Source of the DNA: Cladosporium halotolerans
Lineage: Eukaryota
Length of the DNA: 64,000 bases
Assembly: GCF_011745625.1 (NCBI RefSeq)
Contig: NW_027191489.1
Coordinates: 1 to 64,000, forward strand
Reading direction: 5' to 3'
The position numbers were made by a program, and so were the translations under genes. Of this stretch, positions 1 to 12,030 are shown piece by piece; positions within the stretch are counted from its first letter, which is position 1; the number at the start of each line of letters is the position of its first letter. The notes beneath the pieces are model-generated. The model did not search any database and had not been told where the DNA came from. It saw only the letters and a program-made list of their open reading frames with translations.

Positions 1-26
1 ACGGTTAGCGCCGCCTTAGGGTTAGT

Positions 27-99
27 AGGAGATCAGTGTTCTCCTCCGTTGCCTTTTGGCGAGGAGATCAGTGTTCTCCTCCGTTGCCTTTTGGCGAGG
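27..99. repeat. 35-bp perfect tandem direct repeat (2 copies + 3 nt), each unit with an AGGAGA/TCTCCT hairpin
   Basis: AGGAGATCAGTGTTCTCCTCCGTTGCCTTTTGGCG at 27-61 and 62-96, then AGG; preceded by TTAGGGTTAG at 16-25. Confidence 0.95.
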
Positions 100-267
100 G
101 TGGGCTAAATGTTTCGAGATCCAACGGCTTATGTGATGCTGGAGCGCGTCAAACCCTAAGATGAGTTTGATGAGGTCAAGAAAGAACAAATATTTGGCAT
201 TAACCGGCCTCACCGCACGAAATGACTTTGTTGAGCCCTAAAACCTCAATCCTATCGATCCTGCAAA

Positions 268-2082
268 TCAACCATGGAGTCTTTGATACTCCCCAATCAA
301 CGATTTCAATCTTGACGAAGATACGGGCGTAACAAGATCGCTCCACCAGCTCGATCCACGATGGCTAGAAAGACCCAGCTGCTCCAAGAGCATATCCGTG
401 AACGGAATACTATCCCAAGGAAACCACATTGCCTGCCACCCTCGGCTCGGATACCGCTTACGGGACCACGCAACTGTCAAAGCGATCTCACGCTCCATCT
501 CTGGCACCGAGGGCAATGAAATATTCTGGTCGAGAGCTGCGACTGCCCAGATCGCTTCGACTTCTGCAACCGCAAAGGAATGCGCGAACAGTGTCTTTCC
601 GAGTAGCACGATCGACTGGTCTGTAATTGGCAGCATAGACTTATATAATCGTAAAGGGCTACGCTTGGTATCTGGTTTCCAGCATGCGGGTCTGTGAGAC
701 AGCATTGGCATCTCAGCTGTGATTTGAACTTCAGCTTCTTGATCGAGCACTTGCCACTTCTGCTGGCTCTTTTCATCATGCGCCTGTTGTGTAATAGGCA
801 GACCGAGCTTTGAAGCCAGCGAAGTGTCGTAATACGACATTCCAGCCGTCCAGCCAGTGGCATAGACTATGGCATCTGCTTCAAGCTCTGAACCATCACT
901 GGTCTCGATCGAAGTTTCCCCGATGGAGTGGATATCCTGGCGATAGACATGGACATGTCTCGCAATTGTGTCCAGGAAATCGGGTTTATTGAGATTGCTA
1001 GTACTGTCGTTTGCCCAAAATGGTCCAGTCTCGGGCTTGAGGTTGTGAAAGCCATTGGCACGACCGTCCTTGCGCTCGTAGTCCGTCATATAAGACAACA
1101 TGAACGCGACGAAGGCCCAGAATCTCCAATAGATTGCTTGTCCAATCGGGGAGCAATACAAAAATCTCAGCACAGGACCAGGCTTTGCAAAAATGCTCGC
1201 CAACAGCGGTGTCATCAGGCGAATCCACAGGCCATGGGATGAACAAGTTGACATTCCACCCAAACCATAGGCAGGCACAAACCACGAGGGCCCAGTGCCA
1301 GACTTCCGGATTATCCAATGTACGGTCTTACCAGCCTTTGCTGCGGCGTAGGCCACATCAGCCGCTGATTTTGCGCCTCCGATTACAGCAACGCTGCGCA
1401 CGTCCGGTCGCTCTAGGATGTTGAGTTGACCAAATTCCTTGTGATGAAGCTGAATGCCACGGAAGCTTGCTTTGCCTGGTATGTCTGGAATCTTCGGCAC
1501 ACTGGTCATGCCAACTGCATCAACAATTTTGGGAACCTGGAAAGTGGCCCCGTGTGCCGTCGAGACATTCCAGACCCCGTCCTGTTTCATGACACGCTCC
1601 ACGCGGCTGCAGAACTGAATTCTGCTTCGCAAGGCCTTGCCAGCGTAGACATGCTCGTCAATATACTCCTCGAGGTAGTTCGTGTAGTACTTTGCTGGAA
1701 AGTGGCAGTAGTACAGCTCCTTGCTTGGAATGCCGGTCAATGGCTTGTCCGAGAACTCAACAAAATCTACTGGGGATTGGGTCATGAATGTTTCGTAACC
1801 TCGATCTGACCGATGTCAGCTGTAGCAGTCAGCGAAGAAGTGTCATGATCGCTTACGGGCTGCCCATGGGCCTCCAACGTGGGCATCTGCTTCCAACACA
1901 ATCACTTCATGGTCAGGATGGATTTCGAGGTAGGTCCTAGCAAATTGAATTCCATATGTGCCTAGGTCGTCTTAGTTTGTTTCTTTATTCAACAGAAACA
2001 AGACGAGTATGGACATACCGGCACCGATAACGACAACATCTGCTTTAGTTGTCAAATCACCTTGCTGTTTTGGTTGTGACAT
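268..2082 (-). CDS. Flavin-containing monooxygenase (FMO-like, class B), 3 exons
   Basis: Spliced model MSQPKQQGDLTTKADVVVIGAG|TYGIQFART..., introns 1962-2018 and 1806-1856. FAD Rossmann VIGAGTYG, FMO motif FRGIQLHHKEF, NADPH motif VIGGAKSAAD, YATG. Confidence 0.9.
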
Positions 2083-2409
2083 CTTTTTTCAATGGTATGG
2101 CACTTCAGAGTAAAAGTACTATACGTCGGTCGTTTGCTAGACGCAGAACAAAGAGAGAAGCGGCGCACCACAACATGCGCCATGACGCGCATAAGTATTC
2201 CACTGTCCAAGGAGCTAATCCACAGCTGTCAGTTGTATCAGACCATCTCGTGAGACCCGTTCGGTCAGTGAGCGCCATTGAGGCGTTCAGTGGCGAGTAC
2301 ATCAGCCCACTGCATGAAGGTCTAGAAGTCTTCCCCACTTCAAGCACGGACACACTTCAAGCACGCTCGTCGCGACCCCGACGAGCTCTCTTGCTCGCGT
2401 AATACCTCG

Positions 2410-2560
2410 ATGATTACTAGCTTAATAGAAGTAGCGCTTTCAGATCTGAGATCTTCTAGGTCCGTGAATATATTTGATACCGCGAGAAAGCATAGTATTA
2501 CTAGATCGGCGCTTAGTAAACGGTTTTACCTTAGGGTTAATTCCCGATACAAATTCAAAC
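2410..2560 (+). mobile_element. Degenerate N-terminal fragment of a pogo/Fot1-like DDE transposase (HTH_psq-like)
   Basis: IEVALSDLRSSRSVNIFDTARKHSITRSALSKRF resembles the first HTH of fungal pogo/Fot1 transposases. The DNA is TpA-rich (RIP-like). Similarity stops near TTAGGGTTA at 2531-2539 and no DDE domain follows. Confidence 0.6.
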
Positions 2561-2889
2561 AAATCGTGTCGATTTGTTTGTCTTCTAAAGGTAGGTCGCT
2601 AGACGACGACAGCCTCTATCAAGGATACCTTCACTTCGAGAATCTTCGTGGATTGATTCTTCCCATATTTCGGCCAGAGCTTAATCATGCATCTTATTGT
2701 GAAAACCACGGAGAGCGGCAAAATGATCGGCGGTCTGCCCATACCCAAGCGGTTTAACGATGCAATTCAAAATCACCAGGCAATGCAGCTGGCAAGGCGA
2801 GCAGAAGATGGAAGCTTGCATCGCTGGGATCGGCATGCCTGGCCTTGACCTATCTTTGTATCAGGTAGACCTGCATGCTACAATCCACT

Positions 2890-4872
2890 TCACTGTCGCA
2901 TCGAATGTAAATACATGACCAATCTCGGCTCTTCCCTACCCACCTCATCCGCAACCATCATCATGAATCCTTCATTCTTTAGTGCTCTCCCTCCAAAACC
3001 AGCAATGAGCTTTTCACTCCACCTCTGGTCTTCCCACACCAAACCTGGTAATCTCTCAGCAGCCCTTCTTACAATTTCCATCATGTCGCCCGCCTCTGAG
3101 CTTGCCTCTCCTTGCGCAACGCTCGAAGCTGGCTTCAGAAGCTGACCAGGCTCATACTCAGCCTCAAGCCCCTCAATCCATTTCTCCAACCGTCCATCGC
3201 CCGGCGATTTCGTCACCGCGAGCCAAGTATAGCACAGCAGCAGCACCCACGCGTCCTCCTCCCACCCTGCCAAGCGAAGCTGCTCTAGGTCCGAGGTATT
3301 TGCATTGGCCTGAACGCCAGCCATAAAGCCCTGCATTACATCGCTATCCTCCATGAAAAGCGTTACCGCTTCTTCAAGGGTCGCGAGGCGGGAGCCGGTC
3401 GGGTTCAGACGAAGAATATCCGCTTGCGGAAATTCCGTGGAGGCAGGCCGGAAGACACGTAGAGAAGTACGTAGGCTGTTGATTGTACTGAGGAGGATTC
3501 GTGTTTGGCCGTCGCGGTAGATCTTTGCTTGTTTCTGTTTTGCGTTCTGTGGTGATGATGGCAGGGTTGTTGAGCCGCCCTGCAGTTTCTGGTACTTGGG
3601 AGCCAGAGATGTCACGATCATGCGGGCGATGAAGGGGAGGTATCGCCTGCCGTGACTCCTTGGATCCATGAGGTACTGCGAGATGGAAGGCAAAGTCGCG
3701 AAAGGTAAGCCACGATCAAAACGGACCATCTGAGTCAAAAGCTCCAGCAGCGGCTCCGGTAAATGTTCGAACGCGCTCGTGGCCGATATGAGATTTTGCT
3801 CTGCAGGTCGGAGCTTGAAAGTCGCTTTGTCACCATTCCACGTGCCGTCCTCGAAAAAGAAACCCGAGTGCGCCTGTCTGAGCGTGTGCTGCAACTCCTC
3901 AGGCGGCGGCTTTAACGTCAGCAGCACTGTGTCACTTGGATTGTCGGCCAAGCAGAAGCCGTAGCCAATGAAAAGCTCATCGTTAGCTTTAGGTCCATAG
4001 TTATTGTGAACCTCTTGACCAGGCTCGATGCCCTGAATGCAAGTCAAGCTGAAACGTCCTGGATCGAAAGTCCAGTCGACCTTGGCAGTGTGGTGATGGT
4101 TTGCTGCGTCCATGGCAGGGAACAGGACAGAGAAGTCCAAGTCCGCTGAAGGAACATGTGACATGTCCATTAGCACCGTTTGCCTGCGCCCGTCGGACCC
4201 GGTCTTATAGGTGGTCCAGTATTTGCTATCCTGCGGAGTGATGGAGCGAGAAGAAAAGGACCGAGAGGTGAACATAGTGATGGCCCAGCGGAAAAGATCC
4301 CTGGTGCATATGAATTAAGAAATGACCAGCCTACCAGTACGTGCTGAGTATTCTACCACTTACCAAGTGAGAGGCTCGGTGTCAATACCGCTGGCCTTTA
4401 GAATGGAAACGCCGGAGGAATACTGCTCTTCGTAGATGGCTTTTAACTTCTTGGTAGTGAACAGCGCATCAGTGTCCCTCAGCCAAGCTTCATCGGCAGG
4501 CTCATCGAACCAGAGCGGTGTCGTATATTCCTCTCCCGGCTGTGGCAAAGTCTCGATATAGGGCTTCCAGAACGACGTAGCGCTGTTGACATACTGCAGC
4601 ATCAGGTAGAAGAAGCCAATGGCCTCAATCTTGAACTCCTTACGACGCCGCTGGAAGACCGGAAGTGATTCATCGGCCAGCGCATTCAAATACGAAAGCG
4701 CAATTGAATGCGGCACAGTGGCAATCCTGGAGCCAGGCTCGACGGCGCCCGATGCCCGCCAGTGCACGCCGTGGGTCTCATCGCTTTCGATGTGCACATT
4801 GGGATGCAAATAGCCGCCAGGCTGACCGCGCAGCCAGTCTTCCAGCACCTGCACCGGCTTGCCCAATGGCAT
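2890..4872 (-). CDS. SET-domain protein lysine methyltransferase (Rubisco LSMT/RKM-like), 2 exons
   Basis: Intron 4301-4363 joins ...EPLTW|DLFRWAITMFTSRSF. SET motifs SFWKPYIETLP, LFPAMDAANH, EVHNNYGPKANDELFIGYGF. Confidence 0.88.
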
Positions 4873-5199
4873 GTTGCTCGGATGCGCCGTGATCAGTTAG
4901 GTTTTGCGGCTGGAAGACTCACCATTGTGGCATCTGAGGATTGCAAGCCTCCAAGAATTCGGAACTTCTCGGCCGATGCCGTCGACGACCCACGGCGGAA
5001 GCTCGAACGCCAACCCTAACCCTTGAGATCACCCAAGTAGCGCAACGTCAGAAGGCATCTTCAAAGTCTTGAGCGAGACAACTGGGGTATCCCTCTCATG
5101 TAGATTATAGTAGAAGTAATATTGTACATACAAATAATGCATCCGCAAATCCAACCCACCTCGTTCCATTCAGCGCGATCATATCCCTGCTGCTCCCAT

Positions 5200-7113
5200 T
5201 CACACGGAGTACAATTCTCTCCAGACATTGGAATTGCGCGCCATGGAGGCCTTGTACAGCAGGCCCTGCTGATCGTCGTAAAGGGTCCAGCCCATGTAAT
5301 CGCAAATATCGTGGGCCTCGTTGATCAAGCCGTCGGACTCCGCCGCCCACATCTCGTACACGTCCATATTATTCAAGAACCTTATTGTCGACGGGTGGAT
5401 TTTCCGAATATTCCCCCTGTCCTCAAAGTCAAGGTCTTCCCAATCGACGTTCTTGGTGCCTGTGCGTTGCGCGTGTCTATCGATGTTTTTCTTTCGCTGT
5501 CGGACGGCATTTCGCGCGTGGCAGACCTCGACAAGGTTTTTCTTGGCATCGTCGAGGTCGTAGAATGGATTCCGCGGGTCTTTCTCGCCCTCGGGAACCT
5601 CCCACGTTTTGAGCTCTCCCGAGAAATGGGCATCCGCCTCGTCCTCTTTGCTTCTGTACAGATATCGTTTGGAACTTAAGCCGAGGGCCTCTGTAGGAGC
5701 TCGGGCGCCCGCCCAAAGTGTTTCCTGCATGCATAGTTTCGCCATATAAAGGTAAGCGGGAGCATAGCAATAGCCCTGGGCGATCTCGAGCCAGTAGTGG
5801 GCGAGACGAGCGCGCTTTTCCGGTGTCTCCGGCCAAGAAGCGGTATGGAAAATCTGTTCTCGCTCGATCTGTATCGCTGAGGGCGGGGCTGCAAAGAGCC
5901 GAGAAATGATCCCCCAAAATCCTTCAAAAGTGGTGGCGCCAGAACCAGGATAGGTGTCGAAAGGGGTGGGCTTGACATGGTCCGGTGGTTCGTCTTCGAT
6001 ATACTTCCATCCACTTTCCGCATAGTACACCCCAAGCTCGTACGCCGCCTTGGGCACACCAGAAGCGGCAGCTTTGGTCATGTAGTACAGCCAGTCGCTC
6101 GTGGGCAGGTGCGTGCCATCCTCATGACGCTTCTTGTGATATGTCGCGGCGTAATAGAAGGCAGTTGGATCCTCTTGTTCCAGACCAATCTGAATGGCCT
6201 TCTCGCACAACCCCCACTCGTCTCTACCCTTCAACGACCGGTCAAAATGTGCCTCGATCAGCTCGATCCAGGGCGTTGAAAGATCGCTTCTATCAATGCG
6301 GGAGACATCCCTGGCCATCGATTTGTTGCCAGCCACTATCATGCTGATGTCGCTGGTGCTTTTCTCGACGGCTCCCTCGATAGCGCGCCACCACCACTTG
6401 ATGGCAGTGTCGTGATCGCCGAGGAAATATGCGACCTTCCCTTCCAATACCATCGCACGAGAGCTGAGACCTTCCCTGGCGGCCTTCTGCAAGCGCCCCC
6501 GCTCGACAGCCACGCTCGCATTCCGAAGAAGTCCGGGCTGGTGCTTGGCCGAAAGCAAGGCGTTATTCACAATACGGATGGTCGCTTCCAGGTAACCCGC
6601 GGCCGACATGGCGTCCAGAAGCTTGCGGCCCCAATAACGATCACCCTCGGACAATTCGTTTGCGAGAAGCACGAATGAGAGGGTCAGCAAGTCCATTGGC
6701 GTCATGCTGTGGTCTTTCGCCAGGTCTTGAAAGGGGAGCGGGGCTTCAGAGCCGACGCGGAGTTTGTTGGTTTCGGAGAATGTAGCGAAACTCGTCAAAA
6801 AACTTTCCACCTGGGCCCCGTCCTTCCTAAGAAAGCCTTCCCTTTGGGCCCACCGGAGTTGCAGCTGGCGCAGCTGAATTTCGAGTGATCGCCTCTCCTT
6901 CCTGTTTTCCTGCCATTTCCGGGCATGCTCAGGCGACAAGGCCCGCCGCGTCCTATCCTTGTTTCTCGTTGAAGGTGCGGCTTGCGCATCTGATGCACGC
7001 GAGGTCGAGAAGGGGCGGGCGCGAAAGGTCGAGCCGCAGCGGCAGGCACAGAGGGAGCATGCCGCCGGGGCGGAAGAGCGCCATGGGGACAGCGCGAGGC
7101 GGCCGGGCAGCAT
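5200..7113 (-). CDS. Uncharacterised helical-repeat (Sel1/TPR-like) protein with probable mitochondrial presequence
   Basis: 637-aa ORF. Arg/Ser/Ala-rich, acid-free N-terminus with RPFSTSR. Sel1-like segments YMTKAAASGVPKAAYELGVYY and WLEIAQGYCYAPAYLYMAKL. Confidence 0.75.
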   Translation of the reverse strand: MLPGRLALSPWRSSAPAACSLCACRCGSTFRARPFSTSRASDAQAAPSTRNKDRTRRALSPEHARKWQENRKERRSLEIQLRQLQLRWAQREGFLRKDGAQVESFLTSFATFSETNKLRVGSEAPLPFQDLAKDHSMTPMDLLTLSFVLLANELSEGDRYWGRKLLDAMSAAGYLEATIRIVNNALLSAKHQPGLLRNASVAVERGRLQKAAREGLSSRAMVLEGKVAYFLGDHDTAIKWWWRAIEGAVEKSTSDISMIVAGNKSMARDVSRIDRSDLSTPWIELIEAHFDRSLKGRDEWGLCEKAIQIGLEQEDPTAFYYAATYHKKRHEDGTHLPTSDWLYYMTKAAASGVPKAAYELGVYYAESGWKYIEDEPPDHVKPTPFDTYPGSGATTFEGFWGIISRLFAAPPSAIQIEREQIFHTASWPETPEKRARLAHYWLEIAQGYCYAPAYLYMAKLCMQETLWAGARAPTEALGLSSKRYLYRSKEDEADAHFSGELKTWEVPEGEKDPRNPFYDLDDAKKNLVEVCHARNAVRQRKKNIDRHAQRTGTKNVDWEDLDFEDRGNIRKIHPSTIRFLNNMDVYEMWAAESDGLINEAHDICDYMGWTLYDDQQGLLYKASMARNSNVWRELYSV

Positions 7114-7202
7114 GGCCGCAACGGCGCGGTCGACGCGATGCGCGCGCTGGGGTGATCAGAGGGCGTGTGGGTGGGGAGGGAGGTGATGGAGGGGTGATGG
7201 AC

Positions 7203-7217
7203 GTTCGAGAAGCTTCA
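7203..7217. promoter_or_regulatory. Candidate heat-shock element (nTTCnnGAAnnTTCn)
   Basis: gTTCgaGAAgcTTCa, a perfect three-unit HSE in the divergent promoter about 400 bp upstream of the CCT8 ATG. Confidence 0.55.
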
Positions 7218-7616
7218 AAGCTACCTCACCTACCTACGTAGGTACATGCTTCAGATTCAGAACACCACTGCAAGGCACCAACCTCAGGCACCCCCGCGGA
7301 ATGCCCTGATGCCACGCGCCTCAGGGTGCCGCTGCAGGGCCCGGCAAAGCTTCCCCGAGCGCCGAGGGGCAGCCAGCTGGAAGCTCCGCCGCTGCGTGGT
7401 GGCCGTGGCTCAGGTGGCTGCTGCGTGCTGCATGTGGGCTGCGGGCAAAAAAGCGCGAGCGCGCTCACGTCAAGCCAAACCAACCCGCCAAAGGTCAAAG
7501 CACACACCACACGCCGCCGCCAACACCGCCGCGCAACCCTCCTCACCACCCGACACATCTGGCTTTCGCGCCCGCGGCCGCTTTCCTATCTCCTCTATCG
7601 ACGTCCGGCCGCCGCG

Positions 7617-9365
7617 ATGTCTCTCTCCGTGCCCGGCGCCCCCAACGCCGGCCTGTTCAAGCCGGGATATCAGAAGTAAGTGCTCCCCTCCTGCATTCGA
7701 GCACTCTCGCGAGACAGCCACTGACAGTCCACCAGCCACGACGCAGAGGACGGCGCTGTCCTGCGTAACATCGATGCCTGCCGCACCATCGCACAGACGG
7801 TCCAGACCTCGCTGGGCCCCTACGGCCGCAACAAGATCGTGATCAACCACCTGCAAAAGATGATCCTGACCAACGATGCTGCAACCATCCTGCGCGAACT
7901 TGAAGTCGTGCACCCCGCCGCGAAGCTGCTCGTCATGGCCTCGCAGCAGCAGGAAGCCGAGATGGGCGACGCGACAAACCTCGTCATTGTGCTGGCCGGC
8001 GAGCTCCTGAAGAAGGCCGAGGACCTGCTGCGTATGGGCTTGAAGACGAGCGAGATCGCGAAGGGCTACGAACGTGCACAAGGGTTTGCGCTGAAGGCGC
8101 TGGAGGAGCTGGAGGTCGAGAGAGTGGAGGACATGAGAGATCAAGCCGAGCTGGCCAAGGCGCTCAGGACAGTCATTGCGGCCAAGCAGTCAGGAAACGA
8201 GGAGTTCCTTGCCGACTGCGTGGCGGAGGCCGTACTTGCGGTCATGCCCAAGAACCCTTACAACTTCAATGTGGACAATGTGCGAGTGGTCAAGATCATG
8301 GGAGGTGGTCTGGAGCAGAGCAGGGTGGTCAAGGGCATGGTCTTCGGACGTGAGCCCGACGGAAGCATCAAGAAGGCGACCAAGGCCAAGGTCGGCGTCT
8401 TTAGCTGCCCCATCGACATTTCCCAGACTGAGACCAAGGGCACTGTCCTCTTGAAAAACTCCAAGGAGCTGCTCGATTTCTCGAAAGGCGAGGAGGCACA
8501 GATGGAAGCCGCAATCAAGGAATTGCACGACTCCGGCATCCGCGTTGTCGTTGCTGGCGCCACTGTCGGTGAGCTCGCCATGCACTACCTCAACCGTTTC
8601 GGCATCATGGTCATCAAGATTCTGTCAAAGTTCGAGCTTCGCCGTCTGTGCAATGTTGTCGGCGCTACCCCTCTTGCTCGTCTCGGCGCGCCGATGCCTG
8701 ATGAGATGGGAGACATCGATGTTGTTGAGACTCTCGAGATTGGCGGCGACAGAGTAACAGTGTTCAGACAGGAGAACGACTCAACCCGCACTGCCACCAT
8801 CGTCCTCAGAGGCGCAACTCAGAACCACCTCGATGACGTGGAGCGCGCCGTCGACGACGGCGTCAACGCAATCAAGGCCATCACCCGTGACCCCAGGATG
8901 GTACCTGGCGCAGGCGCGGCGGAGATGCAGATCATCGACAAGGTCAACTCGGTTGCCGAGAAGACGCCCGGCCTTAGCCAGTACGCGATCAAGAAGTACG
9001 CCGAAGCCTTTGAAGTCATTCCGCGCACGCTCGCCGAATCTGCTGGCTTGGACGCCACCGAAGTCCTCGCCCGCCTCTACACTGCACACAACTCCTCCCA
9101 GCAGCCTGCCAAGAAGCAAGCAGAGTCATCATCAGAGGACGAGGCGCCGGCAACCATGGGTGTGGACATCGAGAACGGCGACGGCACCGGCACTCTCGAT
9201 GCTGAAGACGAAGGCATCCTCGACCTTATGGTCAGCAAGTCCTGGGCCATCAAATTGGCGACCGAGTCTGTGAGGACCATCCTCAGCGTCGACCAGATCA
9301 TCGTGGCGAGACAGGCTGGCGGACCGAAGCCGCCTGGCCCCAATCCCAACTGGGACGAAGACTGA
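7617..9365 (+). CDS. CCT8: T-complex protein 1 subunit theta (CCT/TRiC chaperonin), 2 exons
   Basis: MSLSVPGAPNAGLFKPGYQN|HDAEDGAVLRNIDAC, intron 7676-7735. SLGPYGRNK, TNDAATIL, EMGDATN, C-terminal QAGGPKPPGPNPNWDED. Confidence 0.97.
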
Positions 9366-10207
9366 TTTCAGAAATAGATTCACGTAGACGACTTGCGCCG
9401 AATGGCTAATGGAAATGCAGATTTATGCTGGGTGACAGAGTTTGCCCCTGGTTGTGAAACATTCTGTTTCATCGTGTGCATGTACCTTCTCTCATAGAGG
9501 TTTGATTGCGTTGGCTGTTTTGGCTGCTCTTTGTCTCCATTCTGTACACGCGTAAGTGCCTTTTTCCTAGATGACCTCCCTGATGCTTCAGGTATACGTG
9601 CGCCGGCGACAAATTCAACATGCTGCAAGCTGACACGTTTTGTCGCCAGATGTCTGCTCGCCCTTTTACGATGGAACCCTCAATATAATTTGTGACATGT
9701 CGCCAGACCCAAGCGGGCGGCTAGCCCTAGGCCTGAAGCCTTTCTCACTGGTTGACTGGATGCAGCAGTGTAATTACAGCTACTTGCATACTTTCTGTTG
9801 ATTCGAAGGAGGGCTGCTAGGCTCCCACTCGCAAGCGCGACAGTGACTTCGCGACACCCTCGCTTCAAGTTCAAGTCGCACAGAGCACACGCTGCGCGCG
9901 CGCCTGCTCCCGCTGAGACGCGATGGCCTAATGTCGCAGGCAGCGCTTGAAGTCACCTCACATCTCCTCCACCTTCACACGCTGTGCCAAATCCTGGCCG
10001 ACGGGCACTGAGACATCCGCGTGACCCTGCGACTGCCTACTGCTCAACCTTGCCTCCTCTCTGCTCATACTGCACCGCGCTTCCGCTTCTTCTGCTCGAC
10101 AACCGCACCACCGCCTTCCATATCTCCAATCCCGCCGGCGCACTCTCCCCGCCGCACATCTCTTCGGCATCGCCAGGAGATTCTCGTCTGCCTCGAATAC
10201 CGCAAGC

Positions 10208-11341
10208 ATGCGCGCCGACTGTCTGCCTTTCGCCAGCATCGTCGTGCGCGTGAATGGGCAGGACGTTCAAGAGCATCAAACGGAACCGACCAGTGCCGAT
10301 AATGTCAAGACTGCAGTCACCTACATCGAAGCTGTTGATGGTGCTGCATTCGGGCTACATCTGATCCTCGAGAGAGGCTTTGCTTACACCGTCGACCATC
10401 TCATAATGCAAGTCTCTTTGGACGGCAAGTGGGTTACAGGGCGATTTGTCGAGTTGCAACGCCTTAAATACGGCCGGGAATGCTTGAACGTCACGAATGT
10501 CCACGAGACTGTAAATGGGGTCACCACTGCAAGGGACTTTCTATTTGCGACACATCAAACCAGTGAGTGTCTTGGGCGTGTCCGAGAGAGTATCTTGCTT
10601 ACACTCACTTCTTAGCGGACCAAAAGCTCGACAAAAATTTGTCCAAGGACGAATTTGCCAGGCTTGGCGAAGTGAAAGTCCATCTCTATCGATGCCGGAA
10701 AGGCAAGCACATATCTTCTTACGGGCGACTTGGGTTCACGGCAACTGGGAAGGACGGCATTCCCGAGAAGGCTTTGAAAGGTCGAGCTATTTCTCATCAC
10801 ACCGAGTGAGTTCTAAGCGTCAACCTCAAGAACTCGATGAAGCACGGAGTCTGATTATGGTTCTAGGCTCGGTCCTGCTAAACAAGCCACTGTCGGGGGG
10901 ATTTACGATGCATCCTATCCCTACGGCAGTGACCCGATCGCAACTTTCGTCTTCAAGTATCGTTCACACAGTATGTAAGGTGCATCCTCGAGAAGGTTTA
11001 CATGATACTGACCGTTATCAGAGGATCTGCAGGTAGAAGGCATCATCGAGCGCAGTCCGTCGCCTGTCCCGCTTGAGGATCGTGACCCAGAGACTCTGAC
11101 ACCGGAGGAGTTGCGTGAGCAGAATCGACTTCTTCGCGCCAGACAGGAGGCAATCAACAACATCAAGTCTGAAGTCAAGCAAGAAGCTCGCAAGCGCAAG
11201 CGCCAGCGCTCGGTGACTGTGGGCAGGGAGCAACATGATGATACCGATGAGGGAGACGAGGGCGATGTGACCTTTACAGGCGTGTCTGGCAGGCGCAAGG
11301 TGCCGAGGCCGGAGGACATAATTGACCTCATCGACGACTGA
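10208..11341 (+). CDS. DUF7918-like fungal protein, 4 exons
   Basis: Introns 10563-10615, 10806-10866 and 10971-11021 give a continuous frame with TYIEAVDGAAF, IPEKALKGRAISH, PIATFVFKYRS, LQVEGIIERSPSPVPLEDR, and a basic/acidic tail ending IIDLIDD. Confidence 0.8.
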
Positions 11342-12030
11342 GGCCGCTTCGCGTGGGCTATGATGAACAGATGTGTTGGTTGGGATATGCTTAGTGCAAG
11401 AGCACGCGAAACGAACACGGTGATTGCTGCTGGTTGAAACTCCGAGGCAGAGGATCGTCGCGAGACATCAAGGGCTGCTCTGCACCACGCCTGCCCTGAA
11501 ACCACCACACAGCCACTGGTCAAATGCGAATGAAAACTGGACCGTTAGGTGTCGGGCACAACGATATGCTGCATTGAACGATAGTGACGGAAGAACAAAC
11601 AATGTACTCCGATCCACGTGTCATTTTCTCAGTGTGCTGTTCAACCTTTACCATATACCCAAGAACGAGCTTCCGATTGTGCCAGAGTACATTTTACCTT
11701 ATCAATGCAAACGTCGTCATCGTGGTTTGGCGACGATGGCATGCCGGTCGTCACACGCGGTGATCCAGCCCTGTCAGTGCCCCACTAAGGCACGGCTGCC
11801 GCTCCCGCCTCCGCAGACCCTCGTCTCACCCGCAGCCGCCCCAGGCAGGCCCGACCAAGGACCTCCCCAGCAGCTCCCTCCCACAACAAGCCCCAATGGC
11901 TGACGTCTCTTCCCAACCAAATGCGCCGCCTTGCAGCGAGCGGGGTCAATGCTGTCCTTGCACGCAGCACAGCCGTTGACACCACCTCGGCCACTCCGTC
12001 TATGATACACGGCTCCGCCCATCCACTGCA

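Noticed and set aside
27..99. Hairpin-containing 35-bp repeat as a CRISPR array
   Set aside because: Only two abutting copies, no spacers, no cas genes, eukaryotic context.
5011..5023. CAACCCTAACCCT as a telomere or insertion scar
   Set aside because: Fewer than two full units, in a promoter between intact genes; more likely a telobox-like promoter word or chance.
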